The position numbers and the translations under genes are program-made. The notes under the pieces were generated by a model. The model worked only from the letters and a program-made list of their open reading frames with translations, was not told where the DNA came from and made no database searches. From Setoptus koraiensis (lineage: Eukaryota > Animalia > Arthropoda): a stretch of DNA of 64,000 bases. This document shows, piece after piece, positions 1 to 11,292 of this stretch; the first letter of the stretch is position 1; the number at the start of each line of letters is the position of its first letter. The stretch lies in assembly GCA_048013815.1 (NCBI GenBank), contig CM106586.1, positions 5,642,001-5,706,000 on the forward strand, written 5' to 3'.

Positions 1-82
1 TCTTTAATATCAATATTTAGATCACTAATTAGATTGCATTTTATTATTATTTGCATCAAATATCATACTCGGGCCTCGCTAG

Positions 83-457
83 TTTTGGGCTAGTTGGCCT
101 TTCGAGACGATGATATTGCCGAAGCGGCACCTAATTAGAATGCAGGACATGACAGACGAGGAAAAGAGAGACTTGGCGCTAATTCTAAAATCGATTCTTA
201 CCAAATATGACAACCTGTTTAAGTGTTCGTTTCCATATTCTATGGGCTGGTTTGGGGCACCCACTGGCGAATACATAGATCACGACATGTCTCATTGGGT
301 GGTTCATTGTTCATTTTGTCCGCCATTGTTGCGTTCAGCAAGAGTGAAAAAATTTATGGTTGGTTATGAGATGTTTGCCGAGGAACAGCGCGATCTCACA
401 CCGGAAAAGGCGGCCGATATGCTTCGAGACTCATCGGAGATCCACTACAGGTTGTGA
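83..457 (+). CDS. GALT: Galactose-1-phosphate uridylyltransferase, terminal exon (5' part lies outside the window)
   Basis: Acceptor AG at 81-82, then FWASWPFETMILPKRH...YDNLFKCSFPYSMGW..GAP...PPLLRSARVKKFMVGYEMFAEEQRDLTPEKAA, the conserved GalT C-terminus. Confidence 0.95.
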   Translation, partial: FWASWPFETMILPKRHLIRMQDMTDEEKRDLALILKSILTKYDNLFKCSFPYSMGWFGAPTGEYIDHDMSHWVVHCSFCPPLLRSARVKKFMVGYEMFAEEQRDLTPEKAADMLRDSSEIHYRL

Positions 458-477
458 CCAAACACCCACATATGCCG

Positions 478-535
478 CCAATGCTGGATTGAAATAACAA
501 ATATATCTGAGGATCTGAGATTGTAAATTGCGCCA
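478..535 (+). repeat. 58-bp direct repeat, copy 1 (copy 2 at 2342-2399)
   Basis: ccaatg(c/t)tggattgaaataacaaatatatctgaggatctgagattgt(a/g)aattgcgcca; 2 mismatches between copies. Confidence 0.95.
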
Positions 536-608
536 AGATTCCAACTGACTGTAGCCTAAATCTTCTCTCCTGATCGAGCTGAGCTAGAAAAGGCATATAA
601 AAACTTGT

Positions 609-965
609 TGTCCCCTCAGTCGATGGACTCAGGCGGGGAGATCGTAGGTCGGGAAGGTGCTGTTGATTTACTACTCCCCAGTTCTCCCTCAATCTCCCAA
701 ATCTCCAGAAAACTAAAGAAAAAGAAAAGAAAAACTTCGGCTCACGAGAAAAAAAGTGTGACCAATGTCGTGACCAATATCGTGACAAATATTGTGACCG
801 ATCGATAGTGTGACACTTCTCCTTAAAAGTATAAACATCTACGTTCGTAACCTGCCTACGATCTGACAACTAAAGTCTTGTTTTTGGAATAAACGTAATA
901 TTTTTCAGAACTCTATTGTTTTGCTTCTATTGGTCGCAAGAGCACAGTATTAGGTGATCAGAGTC
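609..965 (+). mobile_element. Putative LTR-retrotransposon LTR with degenerate PBS-like sequence (truncated relic)
   Basis: TG start at 609 and CA end near 946; 12-bp tandem repeats gtgaccaat(g/a)tc x4 at 758-805; TATAAA 830-835; AATAAA 888-893; aggtgatcagagtc (952-965) resembles the tRNA-iMet PBS TGGTATCAGAGC. No gag/pol or second LTR seen. Confidence 0.4.
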
Positions 966-1501
966 GAAATAAAGTGGCGAAGTTGGGAACGAGACTAGCG
1001 TATTCTTGCTCTCGATACACTGGACAGTTCAGAAAGGCTATAGTGGGTGTATTCCGAGTGTCCACCCAAGGAGGTTTACCATAAACACACTTCTCTTCTG
1101 AGCGACTCTCTGTTTGAATTCGAAAGCATACCTAGGTGTGGTGTGGCGTTACAATTGACGATGACTTGAGTTTTGGTTTGGGTCGACCGTTTTTGCCAAT
1201 GTCCTTTTGCGAAGTTCATTTTTATTCTGCCAGGGGCGCGCAGAACGTGTTTGAATGCACACATAAGCTTAGAGTGTTACGTTAAATGTTTATCTCGGCG
1301 CATACATTGTATCCGGCGTGCTGTTGTGCACAACATGTATCGATTCTGGGTCAACGTGCTCATTAACTCTTCATCGGCACGTTGATCCAGATTTTCGCCA
1401 GCCTCTATATATGGGGCCGGCATTTCTAGTGAGTTTAATACTCTGGTTACTTTCTTGAAGTAATGAAAGTAAACGTTTCATTATACCTTGATTTAAAAGT
1501 T

Positions 1502-1603
1502 CATCATTAGATGCCCGAGTACTGAAATACACTTATCTGGACTATAAGCAATAGTTCCTAAAGCCTAAAAATATGTATTTCAGCACTTGGGTATCTCATG
1601 ATT
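1502..1603 (+). repeat. Imperfect ~29-bp inverted repeat (hairpin, ~42-nt loop)
   Basis: catcattagatgcccgagtactgaaataca (1502-1531) pairs with tgtatttcagcacttgggtatctcatgat (1574-1602), with two G-U pairs and two mismatches. Confidence 0.8.
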
Positions 1604-1625
1604 TACTTCGGTATCGTCGTAATTC

Positions 1626-2316
1626 ATTATGTCTGCCTAGCATAGATTGGCAAGACACACCATTAGAGCCAAAATTTCATACGTTCCTAGTGACGCGCGA
1701 GGACGGTCAGCGTTTGTACGGATCGGGCCTAACTGTTTACGATCAGCCAAATCATATTATCAACAATAATGCTAGTAATAGTAATAATCAAAATGGAAAT
1801 AGAAAAAAATTTGCTACATATTGTTATTGTATCATCACAAATACACCTTTTATCAACGCCACAAGGGCTCTATTAAATATTATCTGGGAAAAAAAGTGTG
1901 ACGATAACCTAGTGAGATGCGTAATGCATATTAGATTACCACCAAGGAGAAGATGCTTGAGACTAGTCTTGCCACCCAAGGCCCCTTCAACAACTAACAA
2001 TCAACTAACCACAACATCAACAAATCAAATAAATCAACAACAAACCGGTCAACAATTTAGTAGCACCAAAAACAAACTATCTACTTTAAGATCAAAGTTT
2101 CATCATGATGATATCTACTTATATAGAGGCCTCACAGATCTGCCCCTTTTCGACTATCCACTTAGAGAGGTATTTAAATTTTTGAATATCGACGATTTTC
2201 TAGTGGCATTCGCCTGTGTATTGATGGAACAAAGAACTCTAATCATTAGTCGAGACAATTATCGTTTGATGATGGTAGGCGAATCACTAACTAACTTGTT
2301 ATTACCCCTCAGATGG
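1626..2316 (+). pseudogene. 691-bp near-identical copy of DENND5 coding sequence (source 11430-12120), inside chimeric ORF 1573-2361
   Basis: Direct comparison shows the same length and only two differences that I spotted (agcacc/agcaac; cccctc/cccctt). Confidence 0.95.
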
Positions 2317-2341
2317 ATTGTGATTGATGCATTAGTACTGA

Positions 2342-2399
2342 CCAATGTTGGATTGAAATAACAAATATATCTGAGGATCTGAGATTGTGAATTGCGCCA
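2342..2399 (+). repeat. 58-bp direct repeat, copy 2
   Basis: Matches 478-535 with 2 mismatches. Confidence 0.95.
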
Positions 2400-2861
2400 G
2401 ACTTACTTAGCGACATAAATTACATGAAAAGAATACAAACTGAACTGATTGTGATTTACACAAACAGTGTATTTTGGAACAAATTCGATCACCAAAAATA
2501 TTGCTAGCCGGCCGCATGATGGCACATGATGGCTGGCGAGAAAGCTGAACAAACAATCCTTAATTGGTTATTGTATTATTTATATTTATATTATATGTAA
2601 ACAATAAATGCCGATCAACGAGCGACATCACGAATAAATTAACTTTCGACTTGACGATGTTTAAGTCTAAATTGTGTACTTGCAATGTGTAACAATGTGA
2701 ACACGCTAGAGATAAACCTTTGGGCATGGATGATAAATTATATAATAAATAAATCGCTTGTTCCATAAATACATTAAATAAAATGAAAGCTGATAATTAG
2801 TGTCGATGATGTGATAAAATTACGTTGTTGACACACATAACTGACAATACTGATAATGTAG

Positions 2862-3167
2862 CTAACGGTAATGTCTGAGAACGCCGCGACCGTGCGACAT
2901 GGTGTGTTTTCTAGAATAGCCCGAAATGGCGCGCGATGGAAACGCCGAAAACGGTGTCATCCAAAATGGCTTCACTATTCCGTATGTGGGCCAGCCATAA
3001 TGTTCGAAGTATCCAATGGAGCATTCGACAACAGGCTGCTGTTGCGTAATGGCATAAATGGACAGGACAATTATGCTGATAAGTGTTGCTGAAATCACTT
3101 TGAATTTTCTTCTATCACAATGACTTTTTTGTTGCATTTGTTGTTTGTTTGTGATTTGTTGAGCCAT
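2862..3167 (-). CDS. Small orphan protein (101 aa) with hydrophobic signal/anchor and Gly/Tyr/Trp/His-rich tail
   Basis: AAAATGG start context; hydrophobic VISATLISIIVLSIYAI segment; aromatic-rich C-terminal half; no recognised family. Confidence 0.4.
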   Translation of the reverse strand: MAQQITNKQQMQQKSHCDRRKFKVISATLISIIVLSIYAITQQQPVVECSIGYFEHYGWPTYGIVKPFWMTPFSAFPSRAISGYSRKHTMSHGRGVLRHYR

Positions 3168-5268
3168 TTTAGTTGAGTTTAGTTCTTCTATCGTTTTTCT
3201 TCAAGTTTGAGAGTGAAAAATGATGATGATCTTATTGACAATCAAGTGTCGCTAGCTCGTGGTGGTCTTGCCGATGGATAACTGTGCTATTTAGAATTTA
3301 GAACTCAATTGTCAAAAACAGATGAAGACAAGATGTGTGATTGGCGATATTTATCTAGATCGATTGCAATTTATATGCACCAGATACTGATGGTTGACTC
3401 TGTTGGGTGGCTGACTTGCCTATTGATGGCTGGTTGGCTGGCACGACGAGAAAGAAAAAATGAATGCCAATTAGTGCTGTTATGAATCAACTTTTCTCTT
3501 TTCACCAGCAACTTCTTGTTGGTTTTGGCAACACGTACCCAGGAACGTGCCGCATGCAATCATCAGGCGTTGATATTGAACGGGAGGCGAAGCTGAAAAT
3601 AGTTTTTATCCATTGATCCATTGTCGTCGAGTTCAGTCGCTGTGGCTACAATCATATTGCTGTAATCACGTTGCCAATAAGACTGGTTGCTCTTGAAATC
3701 GCTGGCCGAAAGTTAGCGCTGTTGCTGGGCTATATTTATAAACAAATAGGATGTTATATTAGGATCTTCCTTACTCTCACTCGTACTTCTTGTTTAATTA
3801 ATAAAAATAATGGCGCTCTTCCCCCTTTAGTTGGTGGCTTGCCAAGACCGTTTCTTTTTTAAGCTCATTCTGGCAACACAATAATCTATAGCTGTCATCT
3901 TTGCTCTGGTTTGCATATTGCATAACTGAGACAGGCACACGCACAATTGAATGGTGTAGTCGCTAATGATACAACATCACCAGATAACAGCAACAACATT
4001 ATTTATTTATTAATAAAGTTACGTAACGCGATAAGTATAGTATGATTGATCAAGGAACTACTGTTAAGCGTTACACTGTGCTGTCTGTCAGTTCCTCGTT
4101 GAAGAGAAACGCACACCCAGCAAGTTAGAACAGAACATAATAGAATAGAAAGTAGTTGTTTGCCCATGGATAAAAGTGATTAATGTGTTAATCAATGCAA
4201 CAACGCTTACGTGACTATTTATATATATATAGCCAGTGGTGGTTGTTGTTGCCCAAATATAACAACTTTCGCTCTTACAATACTACATTGACCATGATTA
4301 CATAACAATCTAGAGCTAACTGTAAGCAAAGTGAGCTCCTTTCAAAGTGTGTGTGTGTGTGTGTGTGTTTCAAGGTATGTCTGTTCTGTCTGCATTGGTC
4401 GCTTTGGCCTTTGTAAGCCTTTGTTGATGTCAGCCAACATTCAAAAAGACAAGGTGAATATTGATTTGAAGTTATCGCGACTCAGTTAAACAGTTATGCA
4501 ACAACACACACACGCATTCGCACAGGTAAGGCCAGCTTATAAAATGCGAGCTGCTGCTAAAGTAGGTAGTGCCCACTGCCGCCTTACATAACTGTCTTGC
4601 TGGCACAGTGTGTTTATGTCGCCACTGCTGCCGCCTAGACCAAACCAATCAACAAGTGTCTAGTGTGGTATCCACAACGGTAAATACACACACACGCACA
4701 CGCACACCATCTTATAATTGTCTACGTGACTTTGCATGCAGTTATGTAAGGTTACACGAAACACAGGTAAATGTTACGAGCATGCATTGCAAATGGTAAT
4801 CGTGATCGGTAACAGCGTGGCTACAACCGTTGGCCATGCTGCTGTAGTTGCTGCCGTTGTTGTTGTTGTTGTTGTTGTTTGTCTGACGTCTTTGAAGGTC
4901 GCCACCACCTATCCTGAATGACCATGGAGCAGCGCCAATTCCAATCAACGAATACTTGCTAATTATATAACAAGCTCTTGACTTCTCTCATAAGTTGCAT
5001 ACGAGTGTGAGCTATATTGTCAAAGAAATATATTTATATTTAGACACAAGCACACACAATCACACCAGCAACAACTACTGGTACTCGAGAGGGTGTTGGA
5101 TGTTGTTTTTTTGAGGCAACAACAACAACGACACGAACAACTTTTCGCTTATGACAACCATCATGAACATCAGTAATGAACACTTGTGTCCAAGTGAGAC
5201 ACACCGACAGGGAGAGAGCAATCGGGATCAGAGGTGCTAAATGAGTATTTACCTAGGCAATTTGTTGA

Positions 5269-6212
5269 ATGAGACTACTACTTGTTGGAATTATTCTCAT
5301 GGGCTCACTTGTGAGCGCCTCTGTCAGCATTGAAATACCTCCTAGCATAACCAAATTTCAGGGATATATCAGAGCATTCCTGAACAGTCAAGTGAGTATA
5401 TGTATGTTAATATTTCAACAACAGTTGCATTGATATGACAACTCGCTTGTCATGACTCACTCTGTCTATCATATAATTAGCTAGTACAAAACACTATTCT
5501 GGTAAGAGTCATTTTTTTATATTCTGCTAGGAGCAACTCAAGTAATGTTGGGAGCTGGATCTTATCTTTTTAATGATTCTGTCACTAGGGCACCAAGATT
5601 ATCACACAATTGCAATGATGACAAACGCACTGATGGTAAGTGAGTGTCAATTAGCAGGGCAGTAAATCTACAATTACTGTTACTCATAATGTTAGATGAT
5701 TGTGTCGAACTATGCTCTCTCTTCATACACAGGTCACACATTGGGTCACGTTTATTCAATTAATTATGCCGAGCACGTATGGATGGATTTTTTCAAATTG
5801 TTCCCAGTTCGGACAGTTAAGCGGCAACAATTTACTGATAAGAGTGTTTCCGCGCTAAGCAAATTGATACGGCAACGGGCCATACAATTGATTCGAGCAT
5901 TTCAACGAGTATCTGTCGGAAACTAGAAACAGCAATTTTCATTTATGAGGCGCTGCATATTCGCTCTGGGAGCGAGAGTTCTAGAAACTTTCCACAGGTA
6001 ATTTTTTCTTTGGAACACACAAGCCATCAATAGCATTTGATATATTCGATATCGACAACCCCCAAGTTGAAAGCTATCGCGGTGGTTGTCTCTACAAACC
6101 TTTCATCGATCAGTTCCCGATGAAGGCATCGAATATAAAAGATGCTACGGGATTGAGGAGATTCTTTGAAGCGCCGGAAATCGGATTCAGAGAAACGACA
6201 GAGTGCACCTAG
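5269..6212 (+). CDS. Probable spliced secreted orphan protein (exons ~5269-5391, 5531-5635, 5733-~5843, 5998-6212; junctions partly unresolved)
   Basis: MRLLLVGIILMGSLVSA signal peptide followed by a GTGAGT donor; phase-consistent 97-bp intron 5636-5732 (GTAAGT...pyrimidine tract-CAG); stop-free last exon after ccacag. The exon1-exon2 phase could not be reconciled cleanly. Confidence 0.5.
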
Positions 6213-6458
6213 AACCTTGGTAAGTAAGTCAAACTTCAATCTAGCACAGAATCACCCTAGAACCGATTGGCTCTTTCGACACGGTTTTTGTGCACTACAC
6301 AAAAAGTGGCTCGCAGATTGTTGTCTTAACTTCAATCATAGCCAACTATATGTTTATTGTTATCAATCAGATTTTAGTTAGTAAATAAATTAAATTATTA
6401 AAAAAATATCATCAACATGTGTTCGGAATGTTATCGCTAACACCTGTAAGACAGCAGT

Positions 6459-8002
6459 TCAATTTGATGCCGACAAGAGTGTGTCCGTAGAGGGAATGCC
6501 CTTGTTAGTCTCTGTCAGTGTTATGAAAATTATCAGGCCCACAGAGAAGAAGGCTAGTATCTTGAGGTTCTGATTGAATATTATGACAGCCACAAGAAAC
6601 GCTAACAAGTACATATAATAGTTGCTCGTTGGGTCCTTAAATTGTGCTATCCAACCACCACTATCAGCCTGTTGAGTTCCTTCTTTCAGGCATGAATTAC
6701 CATGGGCCTGATAGCCCGAGGCGCATTTAATGCACATAGTTGAACCAAATCCATAGCAACCTTGACACGATTTGTGACACTCTGGGTTTACAGAAAGTTA
6801 TTTTAAACACATTTATACATAATATTTGCAGAAGGAATCCATTGTGGTGAGTTGATAGGATATTGGTGCAAACATGTGTAACACAACAATAAGTTGCAAA
6901 TACTCATCATCATCTCTCTGGCGTTGATGTTACGTACCTTGACATTCGGAGGAGCCCTCCGTGTTAACACAGTAGGTGTTGCCGTGACAGTTCCTTCTGT
7001 CTTGGCCATCGGCTTCTAATTCGCATTCATTTATATCGACACAACCATTCTCATCACGGTTTTTGTAACCCTTTGCACAAGCTTGACAATTTAGTGGTCC
7101 TGGTCCATCACATCGAACACAAGCTTGATCACACTTCAAACATGTACCATTAGATTGTTTTCCGTCATCCAAATCCGATGTTACTCCATAGTATCCATCT
7201 GTGCAAAGCTGACACAGTTCACCTGTATATCCTTGATCACATTTGCAAGAGCCATCACCCTCGCGAGTTCCTGAACCAGAACACTTGCCATTTTTGCCAC
7301 AGTTTTTCAAACACTGCTGACAACTGGGTCCATATTTGCCCTCAGGGCAACACTTTTTTAGTCTACTAATGCATAGAAAATCTACTAGGCGAACATTTTT
7401 CGTCCTATGCTTGAACCACCATTCTTCAATATCTGATTCTGTGTCCTCGGCGACAGCTAGACATTCCGCTTTGCCCTCTTTGAGATCTAAACAGAGCTGT
7501 TCTTGTATTTCAACTAACCTGACCTCGCTGTCAGCGTAACTCTTGAGATTTCTCTCTTCCCAGCTGGTATCGCCACCCTCGTGTTTCCCCCTGGCCGTGG
7601 CTTCCATACCCTGATTGTTGTTTACGACAACGGCGATAGTGTGAGGCAAGATATATGATTTGAGAAAAACAGTTAGTGCATCGAGAAATTCAATGCTATA
7701 TCGGCTAGATTGGCCGAATAAGCGAGGGTTGGCATCCAATAGATCAACAAGACAACTGGCTGACTGACCTGGTCAAAAGACTTCACTAGGGCTCTGCAAG
7801 CCTCGCATTTTCCTACGCGTCTATCGCCATTTTCGGCTGGCTCCAGATCTGGTATGAAACTTTGAGATAGTGCCAGTGGCGTGGTGATAATGATGGCCAG
7901 ACACAATGATATCAGGCATGCTGATGCCAGATTTTTGTATTTGGTAGCTGAGGTGCAAATGTGATGGCAACTATCGGTGATATTCACAGTGAAATTAACC
8001 AT
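6459..8002 (-). CDS. CRELD: Cysteine-rich with EGF-like domains protein (CRELD1-like, membrane-anchored); exons 7769-8002, 6938-7610, 6459-6781 (409 aa)
   Basis: CxxC motif (CEAC); GGDTSWEERNLKSYADSEVRLVEI domain; WWF; EGF/furin-like repeats; C-terminal hydrophobic segments; GT-AG introns of 158 and 156 bp keep the frame. Confidence 0.93.
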
Positions 8003-8769
8003 ACTAAATGATTTTTATGAATATAAATAATTCAAATAAATAATAAAATGTTTGTTTGTCTGCCACTCCACAGCCAAAACAACAACAACAACGGCAACAT
8101 ATAGTACACACACACAATGTATAATCCGTGGTCCTTTTGTCCTGTCCGATGCTTGTGTGGCCCAGCAAGCGCTATTATTACAATTTATTATTGCTATTAT
8201 AATGGGGTGTTCCTATAATTCGGCCGAAATAGTAATGCTCCAATCGTATCCAATAGTATTCAATTTTTGTATGATATAATAATAGGTAATATAAAGCCCA
8301 ATCAGTTGCTACATTTGTAATAATAATAATAACGTCATGTTGCCGGCGTTGTTGGCTGGCTGCTGTGATTGCGAGCCGCATCAGCTGATTCGTGTCTCAC
8401 GTTTTACAAGCGGCCTGTTACAGCTTGCAGGCAATTGTGATGCACACGATGATGTAACACAGTATAGACAGTGTCTATTAGACAGTCTATAGACAGTGTG
8501 AGTCTAGCTGGAATCACCTGTCAGTGTGTGTGGCAACAACTCTCCATTATTGTAACGACTGTTGTTAGGTAATGGGCTCATTTCGTTGGTGTGTCACTGA
8601 TATCAATGAACTTGTCTCAACTCACTCGCACTGGTAGCGTGCGATACACTGCATGTTGCACTCACGACATTGTCATGACTTGATGTCACTGTTGCTCACA
8701 CAGGCTGTATGATACAGCAGACCGTTGGACAGGTTTCGCTGGTGTCACTACAACAATGCTTTTGGTTTT

Positions 8770-8870
8770 ATTTGCGACCTTTGCCGTCGTTGTTGTTGCC
8801 GTCGTTGTTGTTGCCGTCGCCGTTGCGGTTGCTGTTGTCGCCGTCGTTGCTGTTGTCGCTGTCGTTGCTG
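8770..8870. repeat. Compound trinucleotide low-complexity tract (GCC/GTC/GTT/GCT)
   Basis: gccgtcgttgttgtt-type units seen directly. Confidence 0.8.
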
Positions 8871-10357
8871 TGTGTAAGGGCGAACACGGCAAACGTGCCT
8901 AGACAGGTGAACCGCATCTAGAGCGCATCTGACAACTGTAACGCCACACTGTGATGCCGAGAGCGAGAGGCCAGTGTCCAACTGTGGCTGCTGTTGCTTG
9001 TTGCATCCACAGTATGGTTGTTGCGCAACACTAACTGTCGGTAACTGTTAGTGCTAACACGGTGTCTAGCTCACGGAGCAAACACATGAGAATATGTCAC
9101 ACAAGCGTTGATTGGCGTAATTGATGCTGGCTGTTGGCGAGTAACGACACAACCACCGACGAGCATCGTCGGAACTTTGGCCGCACTCTCGCTCGCTTGC
9201 TCGCCCACCCCGTCAACAGTAAGTCAATGTAAGAGCTGCCAATGGCACAAATGCATGCACACCATATGGCATCAGATGACCTGTGTCGCTCACAGTATCA
9301 ATATTTTGTCGTTGTTGCTGACAACGACAAAATATTGGCCCTCGCTGAGCTCATGCCATCAACTAATTATCAATTAGAAATTAACAGATGCGAGCCGGAC
9401 AAAGTGTGAGCTTGCCATATTGACACAGCAGCTTGCCAATTTGTATTGTTTGTCGTTGGTGGGCACAAGCGCACACTGTGCCAATGGCAGACCGACAGTG
9501 TGAGCTTGCCATAAACTGGCAAGACACAAGCCGCCCACTCATTGAATAGGGCGTGCATACGACAGCATTTGATAACGTTCAACGCGATGCGTATGTTTTA
9601 CATGTTAGTGCATTGCGTGCACCTGTATCATGCGGGCTAGATGAGTGTGCGTTCCGTTATCGCGCCCCGCCACTTACCTAATAACTTATTACTAATAACT
9701 TATTACCAATAACTTATTGGTAATAAATACCTTGGGTTGCAACACACACACACATCACACGGAATGAGTGGTTGCATTGCAAACACTTATTCTGTCTGTC
9801 ACAACGTTTGTATTCACTAGTTTGTTGTCATTAGTCGACTGTGTTTGCTCGCACGGTGCTCGATTGAATTGACAGTGAGTTGGCGAGCGCAATTTCAAGT
9901 GCAATTGCATATTTGCGAACACAATGTCGCCTTCGCAATGTCAGTCGATTCGTCAGATTCAGCCAGCCTGCCTGTCAGTTGGTCGCTGGCACTGGTGGCG
10001 AGCGACAGCAAGACTGTTCGATTGATTCATGGTGTTGCCGTTCAACTTGCTGGCCTGTTGACTAATTTCGCGTTTGTTACGTAACGTTAACATTTGCAAG
10101 ACATACTGCACACATTGGTGCTAGCTGGGCGCCAAGACACACAGCTGACGACGACGACGACGGCTGTTACAGCACTACCAAGTGGCAACATTTGCAGAGT
10201 TGCTGGTGAGACACGATTGTTGCCAACAACAGCGGCAACGGCAACAATTTAAATTGATTATTGTTGTTGTCTTGCCGTGTCGAATAATTTTTTCGTATCT
10301 ATCCACATCCGCCGCCGCTACACCACCACAACACTTCTGTACATATACTATACATAT

Positions 10358-10394
<37 letters not shown>

Positions 10395-10923
10395 TATTAT
10401 TATTATATTGTATGCCATATACGACGAATGGCGTAACATCATCCATCACACTCATCGAGCCCCTATGTAAAGTGCTTAGCTAATCACTATCTACATCGAG
10501 CCTGCCAGTTGCTCGCCGCCATGCCAGCCGTCGCAATAAAAGATATTGTATAATGGTAATATAACGACGCAAGATAAAATGAAGATATTTCTTCATTTTG
10601 TTTTCCACTGTTATTTCTTTTTATTGATGTATACACTTATTTGCTTCGTTTGTGCGATATGTGTTATATTATATACGGTATATATAGTATAGAGTGCAGA
10701 CGACTGGATATCTCACTTGCACTTGTATCACTTTTATTACACACACAGCCAGCCAGCCAGTCTGCCAGATAATCAGTGTGCGCAGTGCACAGAGAGCCTC
10801 AAGTGGCACAGCTCTCAGCCTCCACAATGGAAAGTGACAGCGCACAGTAGACGAAAATGTAATTACTATAGGCCGTATTACTGTAGGCCGTCCAGTTGCT
10901 CACTGTTTAATCAGTAGTAGATG

Positions 10924-10925
<2 letters not shown>

Positions 10926-10960
<35 letters not shown>
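10926..10960. repeat. (TG)n microsatellite
   Basis: Direct observation. Confidence 0.95.
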
Positions 10961-10962
<2 letters not shown>

Positions 10963-11292
10963 CCAGTTGTATGCGTAGTGCGCTCTGTATCAGTCTAGTT
11001 GAGGCAGTGGTGGTAGTAATTGTTGTTGTTGTTGTTGCTGCTGTTAGTCCGTGATGAACACTTTGAATTATACTTGATACTTTTATATATTATCATCACA
11101 CCAGTGGCTGTATCGTAACACACTGCATTTAAAATGTATTATTACTGTTAATTACCAACTATGAATTAATTATACATACTTAACTGATATTATTATCATT
11201 ATCATTATTAATAATAATACTATTATTATTACTAGCGATAGTAGTGGCACATCAATTGTCAGCACATCACCCAGGCCAACGCCATCGCCGCC

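Noticed and set aside
1076-1440. Minus-strand fragments as a transposase or retroviral gene
   Set aside because: No DDE, RT, protease or zinc-knuckle motif recognisable; left unassigned
8686-8981. Ala/Thr- or Gln/Arg-rich ORFs in the track
   Set aside because: Products of trinucleotide low-complexity DNA; no splice or start support
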